Assembly (NCBI RefSeq): GCF_018350175.1
Contig: NC_058372.1
Span: forward strand, 30,442,001-30,506,000
Direction of reading: 5' to 3'
DNA: 64,000 bases
Origin: Felis catus
Lineage: Eukaryota
The translations under genes were made by a program, and so were the position numbers. This document shows positions 1 to 11,344 of this stretch, in pieces. Under the pieces are notes generated by a model that had not been told where the DNA came from, ran no database searches, and saw only the letters and a program-made list of their open reading frames with translations. Positions within the stretch are counted from its first letter, which is position 1, and every line of letters starts with the position of its first letter.

Positions 1-99
1 GAGGAGAGGGTCCAAGATGGATTTCCAGATTTACAAGTTCAAGGGCTCCTCCACTTTTGCCATAACCGTGGATTATTTCCTTAAAATTTGGCACCCGTA

Positions 100-233
100 G
101 GGTGCCTTGGTGGCTCGGTCAGTCAAGCTACTGAGTCTCAGTTTCAATTTCGGCTCAGGTTGTGATCTCAGGGTTTCCTGAGGTTGAACCCTGCCTCAGG
201 CTCTGCGCTGCCAGTGTGGAGCCTGCTTGGGAT

Positions 234-275
<42 letters not shown>

Positions 276-352
276 TCTCTCTCTGCCCCTCCCCTACTCA
301 CGCTGTCTCTGTCTCTCTCAAAATAAATAAATAAACTTAAAAAAAATTTTTT
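100..352 (+). mobile_element. Can-SINE (tRNA-derived carnivore SINE)
   Basis: GGGTGCC head, (CT)n tract and AATAAA/A tail; flanking AATTTGGCAC repeat at 85-94 and 354-363. Boundaries approximate. Confidence 0.9.
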
Positions 353-525
353 TAATTTGGCACTCCTATACGGCCACTACCTTCTCTGCATCTGAGAGCA
401 TCTCCTAGTTAAGCAAGTGTTTACCCCCAACCTGACGCTTCTTTATTTCCCAGGAGGCCTCACAGGCCGTCATCACCCAAGTGTGCATAATGTTTGGGTG
501 ATGCACTTAACATTAAGGAGAATTT

Positions 526-755
526 GGGGGCACAGTCGGTTGGGTGTCCGACTTCGGCTTAGGTCATGAACTCGTGGTTTGGGAGTTCAAGCCCCTTGTC
601 GGGCTCTGCTCTGATGGTTCTGAGCCTGCTTGGGATTCTCCCTCTCCCTATCTCTCTGTCCCTTCCCCACTTTCTCTCTCTTGCTCTCTCTCTCTCTCTC
701 TCTCTCTCTCCCTAAATAAATAAATAAACTTTAAATAAATTTAAAAAAAAAAAAG
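526..755 (+). mobile_element. Can-SINE
   Basis: SINE head, GTTCAAGCCCC B-box, (CT)n, A-tail. Boundaries approximate. Confidence 0.85.
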
Positions 756-809
756 AATTTTGCTGGCACTTTCTGATATCTGCCACCTCTGGGTCCCTTC
801 AGGCCCTTA

Positions 810-960
810 GTTATTTTTATTTATTTTTAAAATGTTTATTTATTTATACTGAGAGAGAGAGAAAGAACACACTTGCGAGCGAGAGAGCAGGGGAGGGGCA
901 GAGAGGCAGAGAGAAAATCCCAAGCAGGCTCCGTCTGCACTGTCAGCGCAGGAGCTGACA
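810..960 (-). mobile_element. Can-SINE, truncated
   Basis: T-rich tail, (GA)n and CCCAAGCAGGCTCC...TGTCAG; head missing. Confidence 0.75.
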
Positions 961-1241
961 TTCTCCCTCCTTTAAAACATTCTCTCTCCACCTTTTACCA
1001 ATACTCGAGTCCATTTAATCAGCCCTGCGCTCAGGTTTTCCTTCTCCGGGTGATGCCCTTCCTCCCAGGAAGGAGTATTTGTTTTTTTCAGAGCTGTCAC
1101 TTGGACCCTCCTTCTCTCCCTAATCTTCCCTGACACGTTGCTGGGGACTGCCTCTGCCTTTTCAGTGTGGAATTTGGGCACACGTACTCATAATTTGGAG
1201 TCTGTAGGTGTGTCGGGTGTCCTAGTTTCAGTGAAAATGTA

Positions 1242-1274
1242 GTGTGTGTGTGTGTGTGTGTGTGTGAGTGTGTG
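1242..1274. repeat. (TG)n microsatellite
   Basis: Dinucleotide run with one interruption, seen directly. Confidence 0.95.
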
Positions 1275-1843
1275 AGACACCAATCTCCTTATCGCTCTGT
1301 ATGGTTTCCAGGAGACAAGAGGTGAAATTTAGGAGTAAACTGCTGCTGTGCTCCCCTCAAAGCCCTACAAGGAGGCTTTTTAGAAAAGAAAAGGCTTTCA
1401 GTAAGGCCGAGGTTTTCACCTGGCTTCAAGGAGAGCATCTTGTTAAGCCCCTGGGTCTGGTGCACACGCCAGGAAACCCTTTTACCCATTGACAGTGAGA
1501 AACAGCTGCAGAAATCCATTTCTCCCCAGACCCTCACACTCCCTCCATACAGACATGTGCGCACGGCATCAGTCAGAGTCTGGGGGAAAACAGGAAACAG
1601 CACCCTCAAATTAGGTTGAGGAGCTCATTTATTTACAAAGCTGTCAGTGGGGTAGAGGGGAATCACAAGGGATATTACCACCCCAGGTTCAAAGGAATGA
1701 GGGAAGAAAAAGATTACGTCAGAGATTCTAACTCATTTTGTACCGCAGATGTCTTTGGCATTCTGGTAAAGCATAAAATAAAAAATATATAACAAAGTAA
1801 ACCCATTATAGTTACAAAAATATTAATTAAAAGTTGCAATAGA

Positions 1844-1943
1844 GGGGCGCCTGGCTGGATCAGGTGGATGAGCATGTGACTCTTGATCTCCAGATTGTGA
1901 ATTCAAGCCCCACCTTGGGTTAGAGATTACTAAAAATAAATAA

Positions 1944-1982
<39 letters not shown>

Positions 1983-2435
1983 AATCTTCAAAAATAAAAG
2001 TTGTGGGGCATCTGGGTGGCTCAGTCGGTTAAGTGTCTGACTCTTGATTCCGGGTAAGGAATCTCAAAGTTCCTGAGTTCAAGCACCGAGTTGGGCTCTG
2101 CGCTGACAGTGCAGAGCCTGCCGGCAATTCTCTCTCTCCCTCTCTCTCTGCTCCTCCCCCACTCTCTTTCTCTCTCAAAATAAACACTTTTTTAAAAGTT
2201 GCAATCGGGGTGCCTGGGTGGCTCTGTCACTTAAGCGTCCGACTTTGGCTCAGGCCATGATCTCACAGTCCATGAGTTGGAGTCCCACGTCTGGCTCTGT
2301 GTTGACAGCTCGGAGCCTGGATCCTACTTCAGATTCTGTGTCTCCCTCTCTCTCTGCCCCTCCCTTGCTCACGCTCTGTCTCTCTCTCTCTCAAAATAAA
2401 TAAAGATTTTTTTTTAATTTTTAATAAAAAAAATA
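1844..2435 (+). mobile_element. Three tandem Can-SINEs (~1844-1990 with (TAAA)n tail, ~2005-2190, ~2208-2435)
   Basis: Three GGGG(C/T)..CTGG heads, each preceded by a copy of TAAAAGTTG(CAAT). Confidence 0.9.
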
Positions 2436-2544
2436 AAAAGTTGCAATAGGATAAATCATGCAGTTATTTACTGCCACATTAAATAAAAGACATTTGTAAT
2501 TTTTTAATTTTTATGTTTGTTTATTTTTAACAAAAGTGCTTGTC

Positions 2545-3429
2545 TTTAATTTTTTTTAATGTTTCTTTATTTTTTTAATTTTTTTTAACGTTTTATTTAT
2601 TTTTGAGACAGGGAGAGACAGAACATAAACAGGGGAGGGTCAGAGAGAGGGAGACACAGAATCTGAAACAGGCTCCAGGCTCTGAGCTGTCAGCATAGAG
2701 ACCGACGCGGGGCTCGAACTCACGGACCACGAGATCATGACCTGAGCTGAAGTCGGCCGCTTAACCGACTGAGCCACCCAGGCGCCCCAAATGTTTATTT
2801 ATTTTTTGAGAGAGAGAGACAGAGTGTGAGCAGGGGAGGGGCAGAGAGAAAGGGAGACACAGAATTCCAAGCAGGCTTCAGGCTCTGGGCTCTGGGCTGT
2901 CAGCATAGAGCCAGACGCAGGGCTTGAACTCATGAACTGTGAGATCACGACCTGAGCTGAAGTTGGATGCTTAACCAACCAAGCCACCCAGGCGCCCCTT
3001 ATTATTTTTAGAGAGAGAGCAAGTGAATGGAAGTGACGGACAGGGAGAGAGAGAATCTTAAGCAAAGTCCACACTCAGTGCAGAGCCCCATGCAGGGTTA
3101 TATCTCACAACTCTGGGGTCAGGACCTGGGCCAAAATCAAGAGTTGGAAGCTCAAGTGACTGAGCCACCCATGCACCCCTAAAAGACAAGACATTTGTTT
3201 TTTATTTATTTGAAAATATGTTTTTAATGTTTATTTATTTTTGAGAGAGAGAGAGAGCATGAGCGGGGGAGAGGCAGAGAAAGGAGACACAGAATCCGAA
3301 GCAGGCTCTCCAGGCTCTGAGCTGTCAGCACAGAGCACATCGTGGGGCTTGAACTCACAAACCGTGATCATGACCTGAGCCAAAATCAAGAGTTGGGATG
3401 CTTAACCAGCTGAGCCACCCAGGCGCCCC
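2545..3429 (-). mobile_element. Cluster of four antisense Can-SINEs (heads ending ~2788, ~2998, ~3179, ~3429)
   Basis: Repeated GAGCCACCCAGGCGCCCC-like reverse-complement heads, each with a (GA)n and poly-T tail. Confidence 0.9.
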
Positions 3430-3452
3430 TTAAATAAGAACTTTAAACTGTG

Positions 3453-3806
3453 GAGGTGCCTAGCCGGTTCAGTCGGTAGAATATGGGAGTTTTGAAGTTG
3501 GGGTCATGAGTTTGAGCCGCAAATGGGTGTAGAGATTACTTAAATAAACTTTTAAAAAGTAAATAAATATGGGCGCCTAAGTGGCTCAGTCAGTTAAGTG
3601 TCCGACTTTGTCTCAGGTCATGATCTTGCGGTTTGTGAGTTGGAGCCCCGCATTGGGCTCTGTGCTGACAGCTCGGAGCTTGGAGCCTGCTTCGGATTCT
3701 GTGTCTCCCTCTCTCAACCCCTCCACTGCTTGCACTCCATCTCTTGCACAGTCTCAAAAATAAATTAACATTAAAAAGTAAATTAAATTAAATAAATAAA
3801 CTTACA
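3453..3806 (+). mobile_element. Short old Can-SINE with a second Can-SINE nested in its tail
   Basis: 17-bp TSD AAGAACTTTAAACTGTG at 3436-3452 and 3807-3823; internal element starts ~3571. Confidence 0.85.
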
Positions 3807-4182
3807 AAGAACTTTAAACTGTGATGTGGTTTTTGACAAGGCAATACATGTAATGTGCCAGGCTCTCCATCAGCCAAAACTGGCTAGAAGCCAGAGGTGC
3901 CCTTGGTGTGGTCTGTACAGGTCAGTTTCCTGGGGCAGAGAGCAGTGTGGGAGACGGAGAGCGGAGGGGCAAACAGAAGACTTCCAGCACACACACACAC
4001 ACAGACAAGTTTTCTGGCCAGTATATTTTTTGTCCTGTAAGCACACTCTGTGGAGCCTAATTCTAAGCAGCAGTTACCCAGGAGAGCACGGAATCATAAC
4101 AAGGGCCCTTAGCAACACAGTGCTAGTTTCATATGGGATTCTAATCTCATGGGGTTCTCATGGGGTTCTAGTGGGTTGTTTC

Positions 4183-4218
4183 TTTTTTTTTTTTTTAATT
4201 TTTTCATGTTTACTTATT

Positions 4219-4261
<43 letters not shown>

Positions 4262-4432
4262 ATGCGTGCGAGCAGGGGAGGGACACAGAGAGAGGGAGAC
4301 ACAGAATCCAAAGCAGGCTCCAGGCTCTGAGCTGTCAGCACAGAGCCCAACACAGGACTCGAACCCACGAACTGTGAGATCATGACCTGAGCCTAAGTCG
4401 GGGCTTAACTGACTGAGCCACCCAGGTGCCCC
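4183..4432 (-). mobile_element. Can-SINE with long (GA)n
   Basis: Poly-T, long (GA)n, body and head ending CCCAGGTGCCCC. Confidence 0.9.
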
Positions 4433-4623
4433 ATCTAATGGGTCATTTCCTGAGCCAGCTCAGCATCATCTCCCTGACTCCTTGGCCGGACACTCTGGCC
4501 TCAGTGACTCCTCCTTTTTTTCTTCCTCCAAGGCTGACCTCTAAACCAAGCTTAAGCTAAGTTGACACCTCCAGCCTGGGTTCAGCAAGCCTTGCAGGCT
4601 TGGGCACCTCTGTTGCTTTGGGG

Positions 4624-4800
4624 CAGTGGCTCTCTTGAGGGTGTATCAGCATCACCCGAGGCACTTGTTAAAAAGCTAGTGTGTTAGGACCACTCCCCAC
4701 TGTTTCTGATTTAGTAGGTCTGCGCTGAGGCCCAACAAGGGGCATTTCTAACTTGCTTCTATGTTAATGCTGGTGGAAGGGCCACTCACTGAGAGCCACT
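4624..4800. mobile_element. MER5A-like hAT DNA transposon relic
   Basis: CAGTGG...ATCAGCATCACC...CTTGTTAAAA...TCTGATTTAGTAGGTCTG...GAGAGCCACT resembles the MER5A consensus (recalled). Confidence 0.6.
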
Positions 4801-5259
4801 ATCTTAAGAGGATTCTGCACATCTCAGCTCAGTTCTAGATCTTGCAGCCTGTCAGAGAGCTATCTACTTCCCCTATGTCCAAGTTCTCGTGGATTCCTTG
4901 CAGCAGGCCCCTAAATGCACCCCTACAGCTATTTCCCACCTGTGCCCAGAAGCCCCACCTTCCCTTTACCCCTACCTACTATGAGCTAGTCTTCTCTGCA
5001 GTTGAGAGGGCAGCGCTCTGAGCTGGGGTGGGAGATGTCTTCTTGCATGTCTGTTCTTCACAGGCTTTCCCCACAGCTGTGTTCTGGCTGGGATTTGTTC
5101 TCTACCCTTTTGCCCTTCAAAAGAGTCTTTCTCTTCACTTTTGTCCTACGTCAGAGCAGGGACACTTTATCCCCAGACATTTCTCTGAGCATCTAAGCTC
5201 TATCCCACTGTGGTAGTCTGCCAAACCATCCTTGATGGAAAGAACAGTCTAGAAGGCAG

Positions 5260-5771
5260 TCACACCCTAAATACAGACCAGAGTCTTCCCAATGGCCTAT
5301 AAAGCCCTACACAATCTGGCCGTCTCCCTTCACACACCTGGCTCCAGCTACACTGGCCATCCTGCTGCTTCATGAATACTCCAGATAGCCAGACATATTC
5401 TCACCTCAGGACCTTTGCACTTGCTGTGCTCTGCCTGAAATGCTCCTCTCCCATATAGCCACAGGGCTTATTTCCATAGCTCCTTGAAATCTTTGCTCAA
5501 ATATCATTTTCTCAGAGAAGACTTCCTGATCACCCTATTTAATACTACAGTCCACCACAGCACTTCCTGTCCCCCTTCCCTACTTTGTTTTTCCGCATAG
5601 GTTCCTGCCACCTTTAATGATTATCATTTCTAAAATTTTTTATTTTTAGGTAATCTCTATACCCAATATGGGGCTCAAACTCACAACCCGGAGATCAAGA
5701 GTCACATTCTCCACTGACTGAGCCAGCCAGATGCCTCTAATATATTTATTTATTTTTAAATTTTTTTAAGC

Positions 5772-5810
<39 letters not shown>

Positions 5811-6330
5811 TTTTTGGGACAGAGAGAGACAGAGCATGAACGGGGGAGGGGCAGAGAGAGAGGGAGACACAGAATCGGAAACAGGCTCCAGGCTCCGAGC
5901 CATCAGCCCAGAGCCTGACGCGGGGCTCGAACTCACGGAGTGCGAGATCGTGACCTGGCTGAAGTCGGACGCTCAACCGACTGTGCCACCCAGGCGCCCC
6001 AAGCTTATTTATTTTTGAGAGACTGAGACAGAGCACGAGCAGGGGAGGGGCAGAGACAGAGAGGGAGACACAGAACCAAAGCAGGCTCCAGGCTCTGAAC
6101 TGTCAGCACAGAGCCTGATGCGGGGCTCAAATTCACTAACCACGAGACCATGACCTGAGCCGAAGTCGGATGCTTAACCTACTGAGTCACTCAGGTCCCC
6201 TAATATATTTATTTTTATTGTCTGTCTGCCGCAATTACACTGTCCATGAGGACAAGAACTGACATTTGTTTGGTTCACTGAGCTAGCATATAGTAAGTAA
6301 TTGATAAATATTTGTTGAATAAATGTATGA
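5260..6330 (+). mobile_element. L2 LINE 3' end, interrupted by SINEs
   Basis: TGGCCTATAAAGCCCT...CTCCAGCTACACTGGCC...ACCTTTGCACTTGCTGT..., resuming to ATAAATATTTGTTGAATAAATG at ~6305-6326. Confidence 0.7.
5635..6200 (-). mobile_element. Three antisense Can-SINEs (~5635-5737; young 5782-6000 nested in the tail of the older 6001-6200)
   Basis: Reverse-complement heads; 14-bp TSD AAGCTTATTTATTT at 5768-5781 and 6001-6014. Confidence 0.9.
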
Positions 6331-6963
6331 ATAGGGAAATGAATTCCCCCCACTAGGCGCTGAGACCTGAGTGCAGGGTTGCAGCTTTCTCTGAAGGGTT
6401 AGAGGCAGGTGCAATAAAGGGAAGTCAAAAAGTCAGAGTTCACCCCAGCATCTCCCCTGACCTGCATGGGTCAGGGAGAGGGCAGTGAGAAGTAAATACT
6501 CCTGGCTGCAGAAAGGGAAATAAGGTGGAAGGAAGAGGAGAAGGAAAGGTGACATCAATGCTGGGGCAAGGTGGGTAGAGCTCTGGGTGGGGAGTTTGAA
6601 CAAAATGTCTCAGTGAGGGGAATGCGCTATCCTCCCCTCCCCTAGAAGCAACTACCCATACAGCAAAAAAAAGGAAAGCATATATATGTAGTGAAGACAT
6701 TTATTAGAGGTTACTTATCCACTCTCTTGAACCCACGGTGACTGGCATCCCCCCCCCACACACACACACCCCTAATGTTGGCTTCACCTCCTGGCTCTTG
6801 TGTCTACAAATGCTGTCTCTCTCAGTAACACTTTCAGTTCCTCCAAAGAATCCACTTAAATTCTCAAATTCCTGAGCTCTGTAGATTTCACTAAATATTT
6901 CAAAGGAGATAAGATGAGTGGGTTACAGTGCACATCCTAAAGTGAACAAATAAAACTCATTTG

Positions 6964-7200
6964 GGGGCACCTGGGTGGCTCAGTCAGTTAAGCGTCCAAC
7001 TTCGGCTCAGGTCATGATCTTGTGGTCTGTGGGTTCAAGCCCCGCGTGGGGCTCTGTGCTGACAGCTCGGAGCCTGGAGTCTGTTTCAGATTCTGTGTCT
7101 CCCTCTCTCTCTGACATTCCCCCACTCAAGCTTTGTCTGTCTGTCTGTCTGTCTGTCTCTGTCTTTCAAAAATAAATGATAAAGATTTAAAAAAAAAAAA
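6964..7200 (+). mobile_element. Can-SINE
   Basis: GGGGCACCTGGGTGGCTCAG head, (CTGT)n and A-tail. Confidence 0.9.
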
Positions 7201-7544
7201 CTCGTTTGTTAGACATTTCCACATTTCCAAGTGCCTCCGTGGAACTGCCAGACCAGAGAATGAAGCTTCTCTCCCTTTCTGATCCCTCACATCTTGCATT
7301 CCTCCCAGATGTGCCAGTGGACTTCAGATTTTTCTCCCATTCATGGCCTAGAAAAATTCAGTCAGCCCTTCCTCAGCTGTCTATCCAAACCTGCATACCC
7401 AGACTCATGAAACCTGAGAAAATGCAAGCCTTGAGGGTTATCTGACCCTCTGGACCTGTTCAAAGACCATTTGTTCCTGAGAATAAATACTCCTCCGTCC
7501 CTCCCTACCGCCATACTTCCAGTGGCTTCTTTCCTTTCTTATTC

Positions 7545-7602
7545 TTCTTTTTTAAGATTTATTTTTGAGAGAGAGAGAGAGAGAGTATGAGCGTTGGTGG
7601 TC

Positions 7603-7633
<31 letters not shown>

Positions 7634-7763
7634 ATCTGAAGCAGGCTCCAGGCTCCAAGCTATCAGCACAGAGCCCGATGCAGGGCTGTACTCACGAACC
7701 TGGGAGACCATGACCGGAGCCAAAGTCCGAGAGTTAACAGACTGAGCCACCCAGGCGCCCCCA
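7545..7763 (-). mobile_element. Can-SINE ~300 bp upstream of AIF1
   Basis: Reverse-complement head GAGCCACCCAGGCGCCCC and (GA)n. Confidence 0.9.
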
Positions 7764-7891
7764 AGTCTTCTTTCTTTCATGCACACACTGGGCTCTCCTT
7801 AAGAGGAATTTGGCAGAATGCTATTTTCTCTTCTCCATCCTGCAGCACCCCCCCCCTTCCTTCTGGGGTGCTCTTGTCAGCAAAAGCTGAT

Positions 7892-7944
7892 GGGGAAGTG
7901 AAGCCTGGGACTAGAGGAAAAGCGAATAAGGGGAAAGGGGAAGT
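7892..7944 (+). promoter_or_regulatory. AIF1 proximal promoter, PU.1/ETS-type purine boxes
   Basis: GGGGAAGTG 7892-7900, GAGGAA 7914-7919 and GGGGAAGT 7937-7944, ~100-160 bp upstream of the ATG. Fits the known myeloid expression of AIF1; binding is inferred. Confidence 0.55.
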
Positions 7945-8048
7945 CTGGGAGGGAGGCCTCAGAAAAGGCTGATGGGAGAGGAGACAGAGAGGGCGCCAGC
8001 TTAGTCTGTACCCACCAGTCCACCGGCCTCTCCAGCAGCTGCTGAGCT

Positions 8049-9860
8049 ATGAGCCACACCAGAGATTTACAAGGTAGGGAAGGTAGAATCGGCAGAGCCT
8101 AAAATGAGAGTAAAGAGATGGACAGACCTGGGCGGGGGCTAGGGGGTGGTGAGCAGGCCTAGGAAGGCAGAAATGTGATGGCCCTGGGCGGGTGTGGGGG
8201 TAAGAAGAGGAATGAGAGGTAAGGAAGCATTAACCTTTGTGCCCCCTCAGGAGGAAAAGCCTTCGGGCTGCTGAAGGCCCAGCAGGAAGACAGACTGGAT
8301 GAAATCAACAAGGTAAAAGGAAGATCTAAGGGGGCAGGGCCTGTGGGAAGGGAACCCTGGACCAGGGGACCTATCCTGCCTCTTGTTCCCCCCCCCCCCA
8401 ACAGCAATTCCTGGATGATCCCAAATATAGCAGTGATGAGGATCTGCTCTCCAAACTGGAAGCCTTCAAGAGTGAGGGGAAAACTGTCGGGGGGGGGGGG
8501 GGGGGGGGGTGAGGAGGGCAGGATTTCCCCAAGGACAGAGAAGGGACAGCAGAGACACAAAATCTACATTTGTGGTGGGAAGAAGGGAGGCTGCCCCTAT
8601 TGCCCCCCTAGTTGCCGTCCCTTTCCTTGGGCTGCCCTGCCCAGCACCCTCTCTGTTTCCATACACTTTAACAGGGCCCTTCTACCCGACCCGCACTTCC
8701 TCAGGCTGCCCTACCTCCTCCTTTCACATCTTCCCCACCTAGGGCTTGGTTAGCAACTCCTTTCTCAATCCCCTGCCGTGCCCCCTCCCGAGGACCCTCC
8801 AGCCAGCGCTGACCCTATCTGCTTTCTCCCCTCACCCAGAGAAATACATGGAGTTTGACCTGAATGGAAACGGAGATATCGGTGAGAAAAGAGTGATCTG
8901 GGGAAGTGTGCAGACCCAGGAAGAGGGAGGTGTCTCCTGCAGTTCTTAGTGGTTTGGGAGTGGGCCCAGCTACCAGAGTAGGAGGGAGGAGAATGGGAAT
9001 GTGAAGGTGAGGACAGAGAGAGACAGAGGCTCCTGTCCTCTCACCCCCATCCTCTGCCTCTAGATATCATGTCCCTGAAGCGAATGCTGGAAAAACTTGG
9101 GGTCCCCAAGACCCACCTGGAGCTGAAGAAACTAATCAGGGAGGTGTCCAGCGGCTCTGGGGAGACTTTCAGCTACTCTGACTTTCTCAAGATGATGTTG
9201 GGAAAGAGATCTGCCATCCTAAAAATGTGAGGGTCCAGTTCCAACCTCTCCTATACTTACCTATTTTCCCCTCACCCCTATCCCCGTCCCCAGGCTCACC
9301 TACACATTACTCAGCATCCATTTCTTCCCTTCTTTGAGGGATCCTTCCAAGTTCCTATCCCTACCCCTTGTTCTAGTCCCCACAGCCCCAAGCTCTCCCA
9401 TCTCCACTTTCCTTCCTCTTCCTCCCACCATAACAACCCCCATCCTCTTCCAGACTTTCTTAAAAGGTTTTTTTTTTAATGTTTTTTATTTTTTATATTT
9501 GAGAAAGAGAGAGAGACAGATAGACAGAGCTCAAGCAGGGGAGGGGCAGAGAGATGGAGACAGAATCTGAAACAGGCTCCAGGCTCTGAGCTGTCAGCAC
9601 AGAGCCCTATGTGGGGCTCAAACTCATGAGCTGTGAGATCATGACCTGAGCCAAAGTTGGCTGCCCAACTGACTGAGACACCCAGGCGCCCCTTCCAGAC
9701 TTTCACAGTAGCCTAAAACGTATTCTCTTGAGAAGGCTATCTCCTGATCCCTCTGTCTTTTCCCATCTCAACCAGGATCCTGATGTACGAGGAGAAAGCA
9801 AGAGAACAGGAGAAGCCAGCAGGTCCCCCAGCCAAGAGAAATATCTCTGAATTGCCCTGA
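8049..9860 (+). CDS. AIF1: Allograft inflammatory factor 1 (Iba1), EF-hand protein, 147 aa, 6 coding exons
   Basis: Exons 8049-8073, 8251-8312, 8405-8471, 8840-8881, 9064-9226, 9776-9860 (444 nt, all GT-AG). Translates [39 protein letters not shown]...[38 protein letters not shown]...ISELP*. Confidence 0.97.
9468..9691 (-). mobile_element. Can-SINE in AIF1 intron 5
   Basis: TSD CTTCCAGACTTTC at 9447-9459 and 9692-9704. Confidence 0.9.
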
Positions 9861-9957
9861 TTTATGGTAGGGGAGATGTGGCGGGATTGATGAGGTTCCT
9901 AATCACCCCAGCATGGAAAAAGAACACAGAATTGTGAGCCACAGTTACACTAAATTA

Positions 9958-9963
9958 AATAAA
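9958..9963 (+). terminator. AIF1 polyadenylation signal
   Basis: AATAAA ~100 nt after the stop codon. Confidence 0.75.
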
Positions 9964-10094
9964 CTATCCTCCTTCTCCAGACCAAGTCAGCTCGGTCTCC
10001 GTTTGGGGGGAATTTTATCCTGGGTTTAGGGAGAAGTGAGGCCCTTTGAGGAAGGGCAGCGAGGATTTGCCCAAATGAACAATCCATCCGTGAT

Positions 10095-10815
10095 TTTGTT
10101 TTAAATGTTTATTTATTTTTGAGGGGGGTGAGGGGCAGAGAGAGATAGGAGGACAGAGAATCTGAAGCTGTCAGTGCAGAGCCTCACACAGGGCTCAAAC
10201 TCACAAACAATGAGATGATGACCTGAGCCCAAGTCGGAGGCTTAACTGACCCAGCCACCTAGGGGCCCCTCCTTCCACAATTTTGTAAAGTGTCAACCAC
10301 AGCAGATGGTTTTGTACTCCAAGGGAGATTCCAGATATATGATAGCCCTGATCTCAAGGAATTTAGATGGAACAAAAAGACATGTGCAAACAAACAAACA
10401 AAAAATCACTCAGGTCCACAAGGAAGAGCAAGGATTATCTTTTTTTTTTTTTAAGATTTTATTTTTTTTAAGTAACTTCTACACCCAACATAGGGCTCCA
10501 ACTCACAACCCCGAGATCAAGAGTCACATTCTCTATTGACTGAGCCAGCAGTCATCTCGAGCAACGATTACCTTGAACTGATATTTTCCATTACTAGTCT
10601 TTGTAAGTTTTTAAAAGATGTTTATTTATTTTTGAGAGAAGGAGACAGAGAGAGAGCATGAGTTGGGGGGGGGGGGGTGTTGCAGAGAGAGAGGGAGACA
10701 CAGAATGTGAAGCAGGCTCCAGGCTGTGACCTGTCAGCACAGAGCCCTACATGGGGCTCAAACCCACAAACTGTGAGATCATGACCTGAGCCAAAGTCAG
10801 AGATTTAACCAACTG
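10095..10815 (-). mobile_element. Three antisense Can-SINEs (~10095-10270, ~10440-10550, ~10610-10815)
   Basis: Poly-T tails, SINE bodies and reverse-complement heads. Confidence 0.85.
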
Positions 10816-11057
10816 ATAATTTAAATGTTAAATTAGTCACTGGGGTTCTTTTGGGGAACAACCTGCAGAAACTAAGTTTAATGAAGGGAAAGGGGGCTTC
10901 TATTAGGAGGTTATTGAGAACAGATACAGGGGATACTGAATCCCTGGGTAGCAGAAAGGATTAAAAAGCCAGTCCCAGGAAAGGCAGGAACCTCAGAGTT
11001 CCTGAGCCTTCAGTGAGGCTATCACTGGACCTTTCCTCCAACTGATAGGGAAAAATC

Positions 11058-11344
11058 TGTTATATGATGGCTGACAGGACTGATCAGGGAATTTCAGTCC
11101 CTGCCTGAAGACTTCCCTTCCGGGTTCTTCTTCCCACCCTGCTTGCCTCAGGCGCCAAATTACTAATAAGGAGGAATGCGGAAGTAACAGACTATAAATT
11201 GTCCCCTCTGTTAATGTTCTGTGCTCAGACCTCTGGAGAATGATCTCCTCTGAGCCCACCGTTGTAAATAAGCCTCCTTCCTTCCAAGATCTCCGAGTGC
11301 CGCTTGGTTCTTCTGCCGGGTGATCCAGACCAGTTTGTGTAACA
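11058..11344 (+). mobile_element. Probable solo ERV LTR
   Basis: TGTTA...TAACA inverted termini, TATAAA at 11193 and polyA-like GTAAATAA at ~11264; no clear TSD. Confidence 0.5.

Noticed and set aside
1828-2449. Short direct repeats separated by longer spacers (CRISPR-like appearance)
   Set aside because: The spacers are SINEs and the repeats are target-site duplications; this is eukaryotic DNA with no cas genes.
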